Of a stretch of 59,088 nucleotides of DNA, positions 48,394 to 58,183 are shown one piece after another. This DNA comes from a virus (lineage: Duplodnaviria > Caudoviricetes), in the IMG/VR virus record IMGVR_UViG_3300035388_000078, positions 1-59,088 of that record. One strand, written 5' to 3'. How positions within the stretch are numbered: the stretch's first letter is position 1; every line of letters begins with the position of its first letter. The notes under the pieces are model-generated. The model did not search any database. It was not told the origin of the DNA and saw nothing but the letters and a program-made list of their open reading frames with translations. A program made the position numbers and the translations under genes.

Positions 48394-50229
48394 TTAAAAA
48401 GGGATTGGTTCAATGCGGTCAGCTTCGGGCAAAGGCTTGTTAAGCATTGAAATAAAGGCGTTTCCCTGATTAAAAGAAAATTTTGTTGCACTGTCAAATG
48501 GTTCTCCATTTTGATCCAAAAAAAACATAACATGATTCAACCAATTTTCTGGACGTAATTTTCCAATGGATTCAAGTTTTGTTTTCAATTTAACTATGAT
48601 TACAAGTTGTTCATCCTGAATCTTGCCGGATTCCGTATCAAACTTTCGAAAGTCTTCTATGGATTTTGGATCTTCGACCTCTTGATTGTCGGTATCCTGA
48701 TTTGATTCAGTTTGTGGGGACGTTTCTTCCTGAATATTTTCTGTTTCACCTCCTTTATTTTTGGGTTCTTCTTTTGTTTTTACAGAAGTCTCTTTGGTGC
48801 CGATCATGCTCTCAGCTAAGGCAATCAATTCTGGTATATCTAAAGTTCGATTAATAGGTATTGGATTAAAAAACTTTGTCATGACATCAGCAACCTGCTT
48901 TTGCTCTGTCATTGCGGTAATTTCAGCCAAAAAAGGATGTTGCTCTGTTTTTTTTCCCTCAATGACTGGAGCGTTTTCGAAAAGAACAAAATCTCCTTCC
49001 AAAAGAAGTTTAATTCGATCAAGATAATCAAGCTTTTTGGGGACACCTGGGCCGGGGAAAGTGATTTCCGGGTGTTCTTTTTCGAACCAAATTGCCAGAT
49101 AATCTTTCGTAATTCGTTTTGCCAACTTGAATGCCTCGGTGCGGTCATCTTCGGCAAGGGCCACCATAAAACGATTATAAAGCTTGGCATACTGTGTTTT
49201 CTCTTCAAGCAAACGGCCATCCAGGTTAATTATGGGCTTATTTTTAGGCAATTCTTTTTCCGGCAATTCTTTTTCCGGCAATTCTTTTTCCGGCTGAAGG
49301 TCTTTACTATCCTGTTCAGGGCTCTGGTTTTTTTCCTGCCCTGCCCTTTGCTTTTCTTCCTGTTTAACTGGTTCCAATTCAGTTTTGAATTCTGCTTTGT
49401 TGTCCTGGTCAGCCTCTTCTGTTGAATCTGGATAGAACTCTTCTACAAAATCCTTTTCCTCTTCTGAACCAGGACTTATAACAAGTCCATCATCTTTCTG
49501 AGGCATGGTTAAAAGATAGTCTTTTTCCTTCATGGCCAATTCACGAACACTGTCTCGAAGGTCCTCCATGGTTCCCCGAAAACACACAGAGACAATATAA
49601 ACAATCCCCTTTTCAGTATGCTTGGCTGTAAGAGTCAACATCAAGGGCAACCCGGCAATTCTGCCTTTGGTAGCGACTTTAATCAGTTCTATTCCGCCCC
49701 AGATCCCCCGTACAGAATTGATGCCGGTGGTTCTGAATGTATGGGCTTGCCCAAAAAGACCGGCCTCGTCAATCATGCACACAAGGCGACCATTTGGTTT
49801 GCATCTATTTTGACCATCATAATTGGGATCCAACCGACCGCATGGGCAGGGGTGTTCTTTTTTGTAATCATCCAACCGTTTATGAGCAACTTCCCCATCA
49901 CCATAGCAGCTTAAATGCTTACCAGCATAGCAGGCGTAACGAGTGGGGAAATTCAATTCTACCTCATCATAAAGCAGTCGGATGGGGATACCCACCAAAT
50001 TGCCCTGTTCATTTACAAGACCGGTCTTGTTTTCTTTAATTCGATCCATAAGTGCAGTATCATGGATATAATTTCCGTTTTTATCTTTTTCAGTGGTGGT
50101 CAAAAGGATATAGTCCAGTTTTTGGGGAAGGCGAATATTTTTCCCCTTGCTGGATATTTGTTCTTCTCCTTTTGTCCCGATTTTAATTTTTCCTGCTTCG
50201 TTGAGTTGAAGCTGTAAATTCTTAATCAT
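48394..50229 (-). CDS. Gp3-like / recombination directionality factor-like protein with long acidic C-terminus
   Basis: GKIKIG.K, P.KLDY, C.GDG, CPC..CKP.GRL, FRTTG.NS. Confidence 0.7.
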   Translation of the reverse strand: MIKNLQLQLNEAGKIKIGTKGEEQISSKGKNIRLPQKLDYILLTTTEKDKNGNYIHDTALMDRIKENKTGLVNEQGNLVGIPIRLLYDEVELNFPTRYACYAGKHLSCYGDGEVAHKRLDDYKKEHPCPCGRLDPNYDGQNRCKPNGRLVCMIDEAGLFGQAHTFRTTGINSVRGIWGGIELIKVATKGRIAGLPLMLTLTAKHTEKGIVYIVSVCFRGTMEDLRDSVRELAMKEKDYLLTMPQKDDGLVISPGSEEEKDFVEEFYPDSTEEADQDNKAEFKTELEPVKQEEKQRAGQEKNQSPEQDSKDLQPEKELPEKELPEKELPKNKPIINLDGRLLEEKTQYAKLYNRFMVALAEDDRTEAFKLAKRITKDYLAIWFEKEHPEITFPGPGVPKKLDYLDRIKLLLEGDFVLFENAPVIEGKKTEQHPFLAEITAMTEQKQVADVMTKFFNPIPINRTLDIPELIALAESMIGTKETSVKTKEEPKNKGGETENIQEETSPQTESNQDTDNQEVEDPKSIEDFRKFDTESGKIQDEQLVIIVKLKTKLESIGKLRPENWLNHVMFFLDQNGEPFDSATKFSFNQGNAFISMLNKPLPEADRIEPIPF

Positions 50230-50251
50230 AATTCTTCCTTTAAGTTGTTAT

Positions 50252-50556
50252 TATATTAATTACTTGACTCTTGATCCGGTAAAAGTTGCCCACACTTAGA
50301 ACACCTTTTGGGTTCCGGTGGTGGCTCTTTTCTTAGTTCTGATATGTAAACTTCTGGTACAGCCCCATTGTCTGACCGAACCGTAACAAAGGGGCTACCA
50401 AGCTCTTTTGGTTCAAATTCAGCATAACAATACCACCCAACCCTTTTCCTATCTGGATGCCAAAGAACATCCCCATAAAACACTGGAGTTCCACTATCCA
50501 AAGTAAATAAAAATTTTGCCATTTTAGTGTCCTTCAAAATCAACTTTATACATTAT
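50252..50556. repeat. 305-bp exact direct repeat, copy 2
   Basis: Identical by eye to 37615-37919; offset 12637 bp. Confidence 0.95.
50256..50522 (-). CDS. 88-aa hypothetical protein with C-terminal CxxC (copy 2)
   Basis: Identical to 37619-37885. Confidence 0.7.
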   Translation of the reverse strand: MAKFLFTLDSGTPVFYGDVLWHPDRKRVGWYCYAEFEPKELGSPFVTVRSDNGAVPEVYISELRKEPPPEPKRCSKCGQLLPDQESSN

Positions 50557-50600
50557 CTACCATTCTGTCCGTCAACCGTTCCTTGACAGTCCAAGCAAAA

Positions 50601-51149
50601 TTAATTAACATTGTCATTGCATCCGTTTGGATGTGGTAAGATACGTTTAGGCCCGGGAGATTCTGGCCGAGTCTCCCGGGCCGTTTTTTTAATGTGGTTA
50701 TTCACAAAAGCCTCTACCTTGGCCCTAAATTTCCGGTAAAAATAATCGTCATAAAAGGCATGCATGGGACTTAAATCATAATCCAAACGGATGTTATTTT
50801 TTTTAAAAGAGAACGGGATACTTTCAGCTGGCCCTATGTCTAAAAGGAAATAGAATCGGCCCTCCAGCTCTTTCAGGAAAACCATTTTTACCGGTTTGCC
50901 CTGGTGTTGAAATTTTAGGTGTTTATCCACCTGGGACTGCAACATCCGGTCAAAAAAACCAGATGCGTTGGGTACGGTTGTTTCCTCTCCTATATCCTGG
51001 GGCGGGTTTATTCGTGTCTCAAAAATCGGGGTCAAAGCTTTTTCAACCGCTGCCCGCATTTCCTCGTCAAGCTCGATTTCCCCATAATTGGTCATGATGG
51101 CAGTTGCCGTGGGCAGTTGCTTTGCTATTGCGTATAGATATTCATTCAT
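50601..51149 (-). CDS. Hypothetical protein
   Basis: GGAGG RBS before MNEYL; start reassigned from the ORF track. Confidence 0.6.
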   Translation of the reverse strand: MNEYLYAIAKQLPTATAIMTNYGEIELDEEMRAAVEKALTPIFETRINPPQDIGEETTVPNASGFFDRMLQSQVDKHLKFQHQGKPVKMVFLKELEGRFYFLLDIGPAESIPFSFKKNNIRLDYDLSPMHAFYDDYFYRKFRAKVEAFVNNHIKKTARETRPESPGPKRILPHPNGCNDNVN

Positions 51150-51813
51150 GGTTTGCCTCCTCTGCGGCCTGGGGCTTTTCAGTTCGTTCGAATTCAACCA
51201 CCCATACCCATGGATTCGTGGCAAGCCCATAACCACGATCAGCGTTAATGTGGTTCCATAGCCTAAAAAAAGCATCCCGGTATGTATCTGTGCCATCCTC
51301 ACCGAGCGCAAGAGGGGAGGCGGCAAGCGTGACACCTTCGGCCTTGGCATCCCTTTCGGAAATATCCTGCAACCTTTCCACCCGGACACTGATCACCTTA
51401 AGCCAGATCCGGCTGAACTTTTTCGGCAGGAAAAGAGAATTGCGTTTATGGTATCCGAGCATCCCAGATTGATACCGATTAACCCGCTCCGGTTTATTAT
51501 CGAAAAAACAAATCGGATGATCGTTGTCGGCCCTGTCATGGAACCGCCATTTGCGGCGGCCTGTTTTTGTATATCCCTCTGTAAACCATGTGCCATAGGC
51601 ATAATGTTCTTCTTTTACCCAAAGAAAATCGCCAGCATACCCGTATGGGGATAATCCATTGTCAGGGTCGGCCACATACTCAGGGGTGAACATCCCGGGA
51701 CCTAACCATTCCAGTGCGGTTTTCCCCAGAACAACTCTCCTGGTCATTTTTTTAATGTTATCAATGATGGCCTGTACCATTTCTGTTTTATATAAAAGCG
51801 AGGTCTCTTCCAT
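51142..51813 (-). CDS. ASCH/PUA-like phage protein
   Basis: EMV.AI....K..TRR, PYG..GD.LWVKE, VRVERLQDISE.DA.AEG, NPWVWVVEF. Confidence 0.75.
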   Translation of the reverse strand: MEETSLLYKTEMVQAIIDNIKKMTRRVVLGKTALEWLGPGMFTPEYVADPDNGLSPYGYAGDFLWVKEEHYAYGTWFTEGYTKTGRRKWRFHDRADNDHPICFFDNKPERVNRYQSGMLGYHKRNSLFLPKKFSRIWLKVISVRVERLQDISERDAKAEGVTLAASPLALGEDGTDTYRDAFFRLWNHINADRGYGLATNPWVWVVEFERTEKPQAAEEANHE

Positions 51814-51843
51814 GGTGTCTCTATCTCCTCTTAAGTTGATCTT

Positions 51844-52158
51844 TTAACCGGGCTGAACATCATCGATTTTGAATTCATACCCACACTCAGGACACTCGAC
51901 ATCCATTCCCTTGACCTCATCCCATTTGTTATTGAAAATGGGCACGGCCAGGGTCCCGTCGTCTTCATCTGCAAGGTCAACTGTGCACTCACATTTGGGG
52001 CACTCTGTTGTAAACTGCCAAGCGACGTACAGGATTGGTTCGGCTGCAGCCAACCGGTTTTCTTCCTTAAGCTGATCCGCCTCATCTTGCATACGTTCCA
52101 TTGTTCGCTCAAATGCATCGTCAAGTTCTTCCTTTGTTTCAAACTCTTGAATTGCCAT
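51844..52158 (-). CDS. Zinc-ribbon hypothetical protein
   Basis: CPKC...CPECG; GGAGG RBS before MAIQ. Confidence 0.65.
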   Translation of the reverse strand: MAIQEFETKEELDDAFERTMERMQDEADQLKEENRLAAAEPILYVAWQFTTECPKCECTVDLADEDDGTLAVPIFNNKWDEVKGMDVECPECGYEFKIDDVQPG

Positions 52159-52162
52159 ATCC

Positions 52163-52345
52163 CTACCTCCCGGCCTGTGGTTGATTCTCAAGTTCACGAA
52201 TCATCTCGGCCCGTTGAACATACTCATCATCATGCAGGCCAGGCACCCAAAAGCGGCACTCAAAACCATCTTGAAATGTTACTTTCACGACCGAATCTTG
52301 GCCTACTTCTGGGTCTTCTTGGGTTCTGTCTACTATGCCTAACAT
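52163..52345 (-). CDS. Small hypothetical protein
   Basis: GAGGGG RBS; 60 aa. Confidence 0.5.
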   Translation of the reverse strand: MLGIVDRTQEDPEVGQDSVVKVTFQDGFECRFWVPGLHDDEYVQRAEMIRELENQPQAGR

Positions 52346-52486
52346 CTATTTCCCCTCGGGAGTTTCCCCGGTTGTCTGTTTGGTTAATCCGGTATTAAGT
52401 TGAATCTTTAATGACTCTTCTGATTGATTTTTCTGGGGTGGTGCGGTATGGGTTCCTAATCTGTAAATCATGATCAGGAGATTTGT

Positions 52487-52957
52487 ATGGATAAAGTATT
52501 TTTCACACTTCTCGGTGTCATAGTCGCGACCTTTCTCAATCATTTCACAGCGACAAAAAGAGATGAAAAACAGAGATTTGATGCTGCCGCAATGAAATTT
52601 CGCTCCAAAGTTATTTATAAGCTGGAGGCTGCGCGTTCCTTTGAACCTGGATATAAGTGGCAATTCCATGATTTTAACACTATAGCCAGTTCGATCTACG
52701 GCGTAACCGCCGCAGCTGCAGAATTTAGCTACTTTATAGAGAAGGAAAAAACAGAACAGTTTAATGAGGCGGTAGTTACATATTGCAAATTCAGTAAAGA
52801 TGTTCTCACTAATCATAGCGAAAGAAATAATGCGGAGTACCAAAAAAAATTCAATAATATTGTTGAGCACCTTTTGGATTTTGCAAAAGAGAAGCCTAAT
52901 AACACATTGTGCAGAGTGCCAGGGCTGCCTCAAAAAATTAAAAAATATCTTTCCTAA
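52487..52957 (+). CDS. Moron-like protein with N-terminal TM helix
   Basis: AGGAG RBS; hydrophobic N-terminus; opposite strand to all neighbours. Confidence 0.65.
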   Translation: MDKVFFTLLGVIVATFLNHFTATKRDEKQRFDAAAMKFRSKVIYKLEAARSFEPGYKWQFHDFNTIASSIYGVTAAAAEFSYFIEKEKTEQFNEAVVTYCKFSKDVLTNHSERNNAEYQKKFNNIVEHLLDFAKEKPNNTLCRVPGLPQKIKKYLS

Positions 52958-52959
52958 TC

Positions 52960-53802
52960 TCATGCGAATAGCTCCATCTGCTGTTGGTTGTCATGGCAGG
53001 CTGGATTTAACCACACACATTCAGTTCTAGTGTCTGTACCTCGGCCAGCACTAATACGGGCCGTCATAGAGTGCTTGGTCCAGCTGCTCAATAGGTCATT
53101 GTACAGATCACAGTCGTAACCAGACAAAACGACAAAACCTTCCAGCTCGAGTAATTTCGAAAGCAAAAGTTCATGTTCTGAATCTGACATCTCGTGCCGG
53201 TAGCACCTGTTCCCCATTACTCTGGTATCGTGGGTGTATGGCGGATCCACATAAAATAGAGTATCAGGCCTATCATGATTTTCAACGATCTGTAGTGCCG
53301 GGCGATTTTCGATGAGAACGCCCTGCAGCCGTTGTCCGAACGATGAAATATAGTCTGGATATTTTGCCCAAAGGTGAGCAGCTGTACCGTATTTCCTCGC
53401 GCTGTCGATCCTGAAACCGGTTTTCCCTTTTGTCGCGCCAGCAGACCCAAAGCCCATACTTGCCCGGACCAATGTCCGCCTGGCGCGCTCAACTGGATCC
53501 GGTGACTCTTCATAGGCAATTTCAAATTCACGCCTTGAATAAGGTGTTAGTATAAGCAAATTTTGAAGGCGGTTTGATTTTTCTGGATCCTGAAGAACGC
53601 TGAAAACGTTTGATACATCACTATCAATATCGTTGTATACCTCTGACTCTGATCGTGGCTTTTGCATCAATACACCGGCTGCACCACCAAAAAGCTCTAT
53701 ATAGGTGTGATGAGTTGGGAAAAAATCCATTATCCAACTTGCGATCCGGAATTTTGCACCGTGATATCTCATAACGGGTCTTTTTATCCTCTGTTCAGTC
53801 AT
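52960..53802 (-). CDS. Dam-family DNA adenine methyltransferase
   Basis: RYHGAK, ELFGGAA, EVYNDID, YVDPPY. Confidence 0.92.
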   Translation of the reverse strand: MTEQRIKRPVMRYHGAKFRIASWIMDFFPTHHTYIELFGGAAGVLMQKPRSESEVYNDIDSDVSNVFSVLQDPEKSNRLQNLLILTPYSRREFEIAYEESPDPVERARRTLVRASMGFGSAGATKGKTGFRIDSARKYGTAAHLWAKYPDYISSFGQRLQGVLIENRPALQIVENHDRPDTLFYVDPPYTHDTRVMGNRCYRHEMSDSEHELLLSKLLELEGFVVLSGYDCDLYNDLLSSWTKHSMTARISAGRGTDTRTECVWLNPACHDNQQQMELFA

Positions 53803-53936
53803 TGGTTTCCTTGTAAATTAAATTACATATTTAATGTAGTGTGGTTGTTCTACTCGGCACCTTAAATTCCTGCATTTTTTTTAACTGTGGTGCTTCATCT
53901 GGATCCGCCAAATCCTCACCCGGGTGTGGTCATCGT

Positions 53937-54590
53937 TTATTCCAGCAATCCGGCTATTTCAGCCATTAAATAAAGTTGGAAGGTTAAATCACAATCTTCT
54001 TCACAATATGTGGCAATGTGTGATTTAAGGCCCATATCCCAATAGTCTTGAACCATTTTACCGTCGATACCGTCTGTTTTTTTCCTTCCAAGGAATTTCT
54101 GGGTAAAAAACTCAAGTTTTCCTGGGGCAAAACGATCTTCCCCGGCCAAAACCTGGCGCAAATCCGTATGGTTCCCTTTATTGTACCGTCCCTTGTCAAT
54201 ATTCACCGCAGGCCGGATACCGTATTCCATGCCATGTAACAATATACACCGCAGATCAAAGGGCCTGCCGTTGAATGTGACAAAGTGGTCATACCGGGAT
54301 AAAATCTCCCAGAATTGCATCAACAGATCTTTTTCCGCTTTGGCCGATTCTTCTTCTAAAAGAATGTTCCCGGGTCCATTTTCATCACACCATCCAGCGC
54401 AACAGATCATATTCAGCATGGGAGACATACCCATCTCTCGAAGTTGTTTTGCTTTTTTTTCGGTGATATCTTTCTGAATTTTTTCAGGTGATTTAAGGTT
54501 TGCTTTGGCTTTAATTTCAGGAAGGCGGTCCAACATTCCTTTGTTGGCAATTGTTTCCAGATCCAGTGCCAGAACTTTTTTCTTTTTCAT
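53937..54590 (-). CDS. DEDDy 3'-5' exonuclease (PolB-exo-like)
   Basis: DLET, FNG..FD, YC..D motifs. Confidence 0.85.
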   Translation of the reverse strand: MKKKKVLALDLETIANKGMLDRLPEIKAKANLKSPEKIQKDITEKKAKQLREMGMSPMLNMICCAGWCDENGPGNILLEEESAKAEKDLLMQFWEILSRYDHFVTFNGRPFDLRCILLHGMEYGIRPAVNIDKGRYNKGNHTDLRQVLAGEDRFAPGKLEFFTQKFLGRKKTDGIDGKMVQDYWDMGLKSHIATYCEEDCDLTFQLYLMAEIAGLLE

Positions 54591-54747
54591 ATTATACTCC
54601 TAACTATTTTTTCTCTGTGGTGGTGGTTTTATAGGGGCAATTACGGCATTCCCAGAAGTAGCGAATAAGACAGGGTGACTCTAACCATTTTTTTAATTTC
54701 ATCCATTTATTACATTTTGGGCATTGCATTATTTAAGACTCCCTTGT

Positions 54748-54784
54748 TTAATCCCCGGCAAATGTTATCCTTGCCGGGGATTAA
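54748..54784. terminator. 14-bp inverted repeat, probable terminator
   Basis: TTAATCCCCGGCAA-9 nt-TTGCCGGGGATTAA in an intergenic region. Confidence 0.55.
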
Positions 54785-54813
54785 TTATAAATCTACCTCT
54801 TTGACAATAAGGG

Positions 54814-55530
54814 TTACGCAATGATGGGGATCTCTTTACTGAGTCTTTTCAGGGCTTCACCCAAGAAGGCGGAAATCTCCTGAATGGCTTCCTGCTTCCA
54901 GTCTTCTCCATCAGACTCATACAAAGCGCAAAGGGGTTTTTCATTCTGGAGTTGCATACGGAAAACAAACTGAGAAATCGGTTGATCAATTTCATTGAAA
55001 GTCCGGAAAGGCTGGAGGTCAACCAAGTTTTTAATAGGGATTTTATCAATAAGGGAGGATACTCCCTGTTTGGCTGTTATTGTCTGGGAAATACCGTCAT
55101 CATTGAGTACCGCATTGGCATCAACTTTAATGCTGCTGATAAATTTCAAGGTATGATCACGGTCTTCTGTCTTTTCAAACATACCATTCAGACTGATAAT
55201 AAAATCCTCAACACTCATTTTATTTCCAAAATGGAACTGACAGGGCCGGGATGATGCAATAATGATGGGTATTCGTTGGTTGAAATCGCCGGTTTTGGCC
55301 TGATAAAGAATAACTTTATTAAAGTCCCGCACATGGATAAACATATCCTGCCACTCTTCCGGTTTGGATTCAATAAAATCAACGATGCCGTTCAGGTTGT
55401 TGATTTCCAGGTGGTCCGGATAATGATCACGGGCTGGGACATAGGACTTATCAAAATAAATTTTTCCATCGACATCAATTTGTTCAGGTTTTTTCAAATT
55501 CATGATGTAGGTAAGCGCTTCTTTAAGCAT
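54814..55530 (-). CDS. Conserved phage protein
   Basis: MLKEAL.YI, DDGISQ...K.G, L.PFRTF.EI.QP.S.FVFRM, AL.E.DG..W pattern. Confidence 0.7.
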   Translation of the reverse strand: MLKEALTYIMNLKKPEQIDVDGKIYFDKSYVPARDHYPDHLEINNLNGIVDFIESKPEEWQDMFIHVRDFNKVILYQAKTGDFNQRIPIIIASSRPCQFHFGNKMSVEDFIISLNGMFEKTEDRDHTLKFISSIKVDANAVLNDDGISQTITAKQGVSSLIDKIPIKNLVDLQPFRTFNEIDQPISQFVFRMQLQNEKPLCALYESDGEDWKQEAIQEISAFLGEALKRLSKEIPIIA

Positions 55531-55882
55531 TGTTTGTTCCTCCTTTCTTTATGGGGGTTATGTTTCCAAAATCTTCGGGAAAAAGGGTTGGCTGCACAAC
55601 TTCAGACATTTCCTGATTACCAGCGTTATCTTCTCCGAAATAAACCTGAGTCATGTGTTCTGATACCGGAGCCAGCTTAGAGGTCGCCTGGATTGTGACT
55701 GCTCCCGCCGATCTGTCATCAGATGGTTTGATTTTGATCTTTACATTAATTTCACGGCAAACCTTCAGACTGGTATTTGGGTCTTTGATGTTCTCAAGAA
55801 CCTTTACCAATTCGAGGTTTGCCCTTTCGATGGCTGCACCATTTGAAAGATTTTCAAATTTCACGATCTGGATGTTTGTCAT
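55523..55882 (-). CDS. Conserved small phage protein paired with the preceding gene
   Basis: GA..ER...L.KV..NI.DPNT.....R.I...I...P...R...SKLAP. Confidence 0.7.
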   Translation of the reverse strand: MTNIQIVKFENLSNGAAIERANLELVKVLENIKDPNTSLKVCREINVKIKIKPSDDRSAGAVTIQATSKLAPVSEHMTQVYFGEDNAGNQEMSEVVQPTLFPEDFGNITPIKKGGTNNA

Positions 55883-56209
55883 TTTCAATACCTCTTTTTT
55901 TGTAATTTATTACCATTTATGTTACCTTTTTGGGAAAACTAAAATCAAAAAAAACCGAATGAATTGACCATTTATTCAAAGATTATAGATTATTTTTGAT
56001 AGTATCTTCATGATACTGTTTTTTTGAAAATCTTTTTGGAACCTACTTAGAAACCTTTTTGGGAAAAGCTTTTGTCTAAAAAAATGACAGATTATGTCAT
56101 CTTTTATTCCCTTTATGTTACCGTCGTGGCGGAACCCATCATGGCTTCGTCATCCTCTGGGAAACTTTTTAAAGGAAAAATATAGAAACAAGGAGGAATT
56201 TTCTCTTTT

Positions 56210-56611
56210 TTAAGTAGTTTCCGAATTCCGAACCCGGGCAATTTCTTGGTCGATAAGATTTTCAACATTAATTCCTAAGTCTGTAGCCACGGCACATTTT
56301 TCCCGTAGGCCCTTTGTCTCAAAATATTTAAGACCGTTTGTGTAGGCTTCTTCAACCTCCGTCATATCTATCTTTTCTTTTAGTTGATCCACGGTTATAA
56401 TTCCTCCAATAATGAAAGCCACCAAAAATTTTTCACTAAGTGGTCGCCTGTATTTTTCGAATTTTTTAATTTCGGTTAACCGGTTTTGCGCTACTCCGGT
56501 CTGTTCGGCTATCTCTTTATCTGTCCAGCCTTCTATATTCATGATCCTTAATTTTTTTCCTACACATTCTGTTATTTTTTCTAACAATTTTTTTAATTCG
56601 GCTTTTCTCAT
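56210..56611 (-). CDS. HTH transcriptional regulator (probable repressor)
   Basis: GWTDKEIAEQTGVAQNRLTEI HTH; divergent from the integrase. Confidence 0.75.
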   Translation of the reverse strand: MRKAELKKLLEKITECVGKKLRIMNIEGWTDKEIAEQTGVAQNRLTEIKKFEKYRRPLSEKFLVAFIIGGIITVDQLKEKIDMTEVEEAYTNGLKYFETKGLREKCAVATDLGINVENLIDQEIARVRNSETT

Positions 56612-56743
56612 AATACCTCTCCTTTTTTCTATATTCTAATGTTTTCCCAAAAAACACATTTATTCGGATTACCACAACAAATAAGAAGCTGTCAACTCTT
56701 TTCCCAAAAAAATACCCAGAATGGTTCGAAAAAAATAAACTCC

Positions 56744-56772
56744 TTGACTTTTCCCTTTTGGGAAACTAAAAA
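56744..56772 (+). promoter_or_regulatory. Promoter-like element with a palindromic operator in its spacer
   Basis: TTGACT, then TTTCCCTTTTGGGAAA (56750-56765), then TAAAAA at 17-bp spacing. Confidence 0.5.
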
Positions 56773-56911
56773 GATAAAACAACGAGATTGACATAGTTTT
56801 GAGCTTTTTTTGAATTAACCTGCTAATATATAAGGAAATTAGCGCTTGACTTTTCCCAGCGATATTCCCAATACTGCACCATTCAACAACCCATATTTGG
56901 GGGGGTATTGC

Positions 56912-58183
56912 ATGAAAGGGAATATCTATTGTGACCAGCGGTGTCGTGAACCAGGGTGTGGAAAGCTGTTAAAATATGTTAGCCGCAAAACACATATGGC
57001 TTGTGAAGATCACCCAAGGGAAATATGGGTTGGGGCTTGCCGGGTCCAGCTCGGGAAAAAGCACACCAAACGTTTTAAAACCGTTATACAAGCTGAAGAT
57101 CACCTTATTGAAATCAATCAACAATATCGAAGAGGCTCCTTTGACGTAAGGGATTGGCAGAAGGCGGCACCATTATCTTTCCTCTTTCTACGAAAAAGCT
57201 TTGTAATATCCAAAGAAAAAAAATCAGGGGTGAAACCTAAACAAATCCGGCACATTTCCTATGTATTAGAAACAGCCGGAAAATTTTGGGACAAAAAAAG
57301 TATTAAGGATATTGCAGAGGGTGAAATTGAAGATTTTTTTGATTTTGATCATAGAAAAATCCGTACAAAAAAACTGAAAAATGGGAAAATCAAAACGACT
57401 GATGATGGACCCGTTGGGAACAATACACTTTCAAAGTGGCGGTCAGTGTTACATGATTTTTGGAAATGGGTTGTTAGGCGGGAGAAGAAAAAAAGCAAGC
57501 TTGAAATGCCTGAATTCCCAGATATTAATTTTGAAATGGAAATGAAGAAAGTTGTCAATATGGATGACCAGGCCGCAATTATTGAAGAAGTGCGGCGGAT
57601 CACATGGGAAAATAATCCAAGAATTTGGTTAGGTATTTGGCTAATGTCATGGTATCCAAAGGTAAGGCCAGGGGAAATGCTTAATCTCTTAGAAGGGCAC
57701 ATAAACCTTGCGGAAAACTGGATAATATTTCCCCATCCAAAGGAAAAAAACAAACCCAAATTTATACATCTACTCCCTGAACATTCCGAGGATATTCAAA
57801 AAGTGATCAAAATGGCCCCGGCCGCATTGCCAGAAGTACCTTTTTTTAGGCACCTGAAAACAAAATCAGGTGTCCGGGCCGGTGTAAAATTTGGGCCTAA
57901 ATACTTCAATATTTGGTGGAAAAAAGCTTGTGAAAATTTGGGGATAGAAGGCGTTACAGTTTATCCAGGTGTAAAGCATTCAACCGTCACCGCCTTAGGC
58001 AAAATCATGTCTCCAGAACAGATTCAACATGATGTAACCGGCCATGTGTCAAAAGCATTTAAAAGGTATTTTTTACCGGACGTTAGCCGGGCAAATGTTG
58101 CTACCCGGCAGCTTGCTGATATGAGAAAAACCACTGATAGAGTTCTGATAGAGTTTTCAGAACTCAAGAAATCAGCTAACTAA
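56912..58183 (+). CDS. int: Tyrosine integrase
   Basis: RPGE, PKEK, YPGVKHS, TGH..AFKRY; N-terminal Cys/His cluster; adjacent to tmRNA; start reassigned to MKGN. Confidence 0.88.
   Translation: MKGNIYCDQRCREPGCGKLLKYVSRKTHMACEDHPREIWVGACRVQLGKKHTKRFKTVIQAEDHLIEINQQYRRGSFDVRDWQKAAPLSFLFLRKSFVISKEKKSGVKPKQIRHISYVLETAGKFWDKKSIKDIAEGEIEDFFDFDHRKIRTKKLKNGKIKTTDDGPVGNNTLSKWRSVLHDFWKWVVRREKKKSKLEMPEFPDINFEMEMKKVVNMDDQAAIIEEVRRITWENNPRIWLGIWLMSWYPKVRPGEMLNLLEGHINLAENWIIFPHPKEKNKPKFIHLLPEHSEDIQKVIKMAPAALPEVPFFRHLKTKSGVRAGVKFGPKYFNIWWKKACENLGIEGVTVYPGVKHSTVTALGKIMSPEQIQHDVTGHVSKAFKRYFLPDVSRANVATRQLADMRKTTDRVLIEFSELKKSAN

Noticed and set aside
49248-49293. 15-bp tandem repeat (PEKEL x3); similar KIDET x2 near 39560
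   Set aside because: In-frame linker expansions with no sign of phase variation
50554-50603. Possible read-through of ORF 50601 into FCLDC..GR
   Set aside because: The stop is TAA, not TGA; the extension is only 15 codons and cannot be supported without homologs
52346-52963. 205-aa minus-strand ORF
   Set aside because: Antisense to the plus-strand gene, which has the better RBS and composition
57349-57759. 136-aa minus-strand ORF
   Set aside because: Antisense shadow of the integrase
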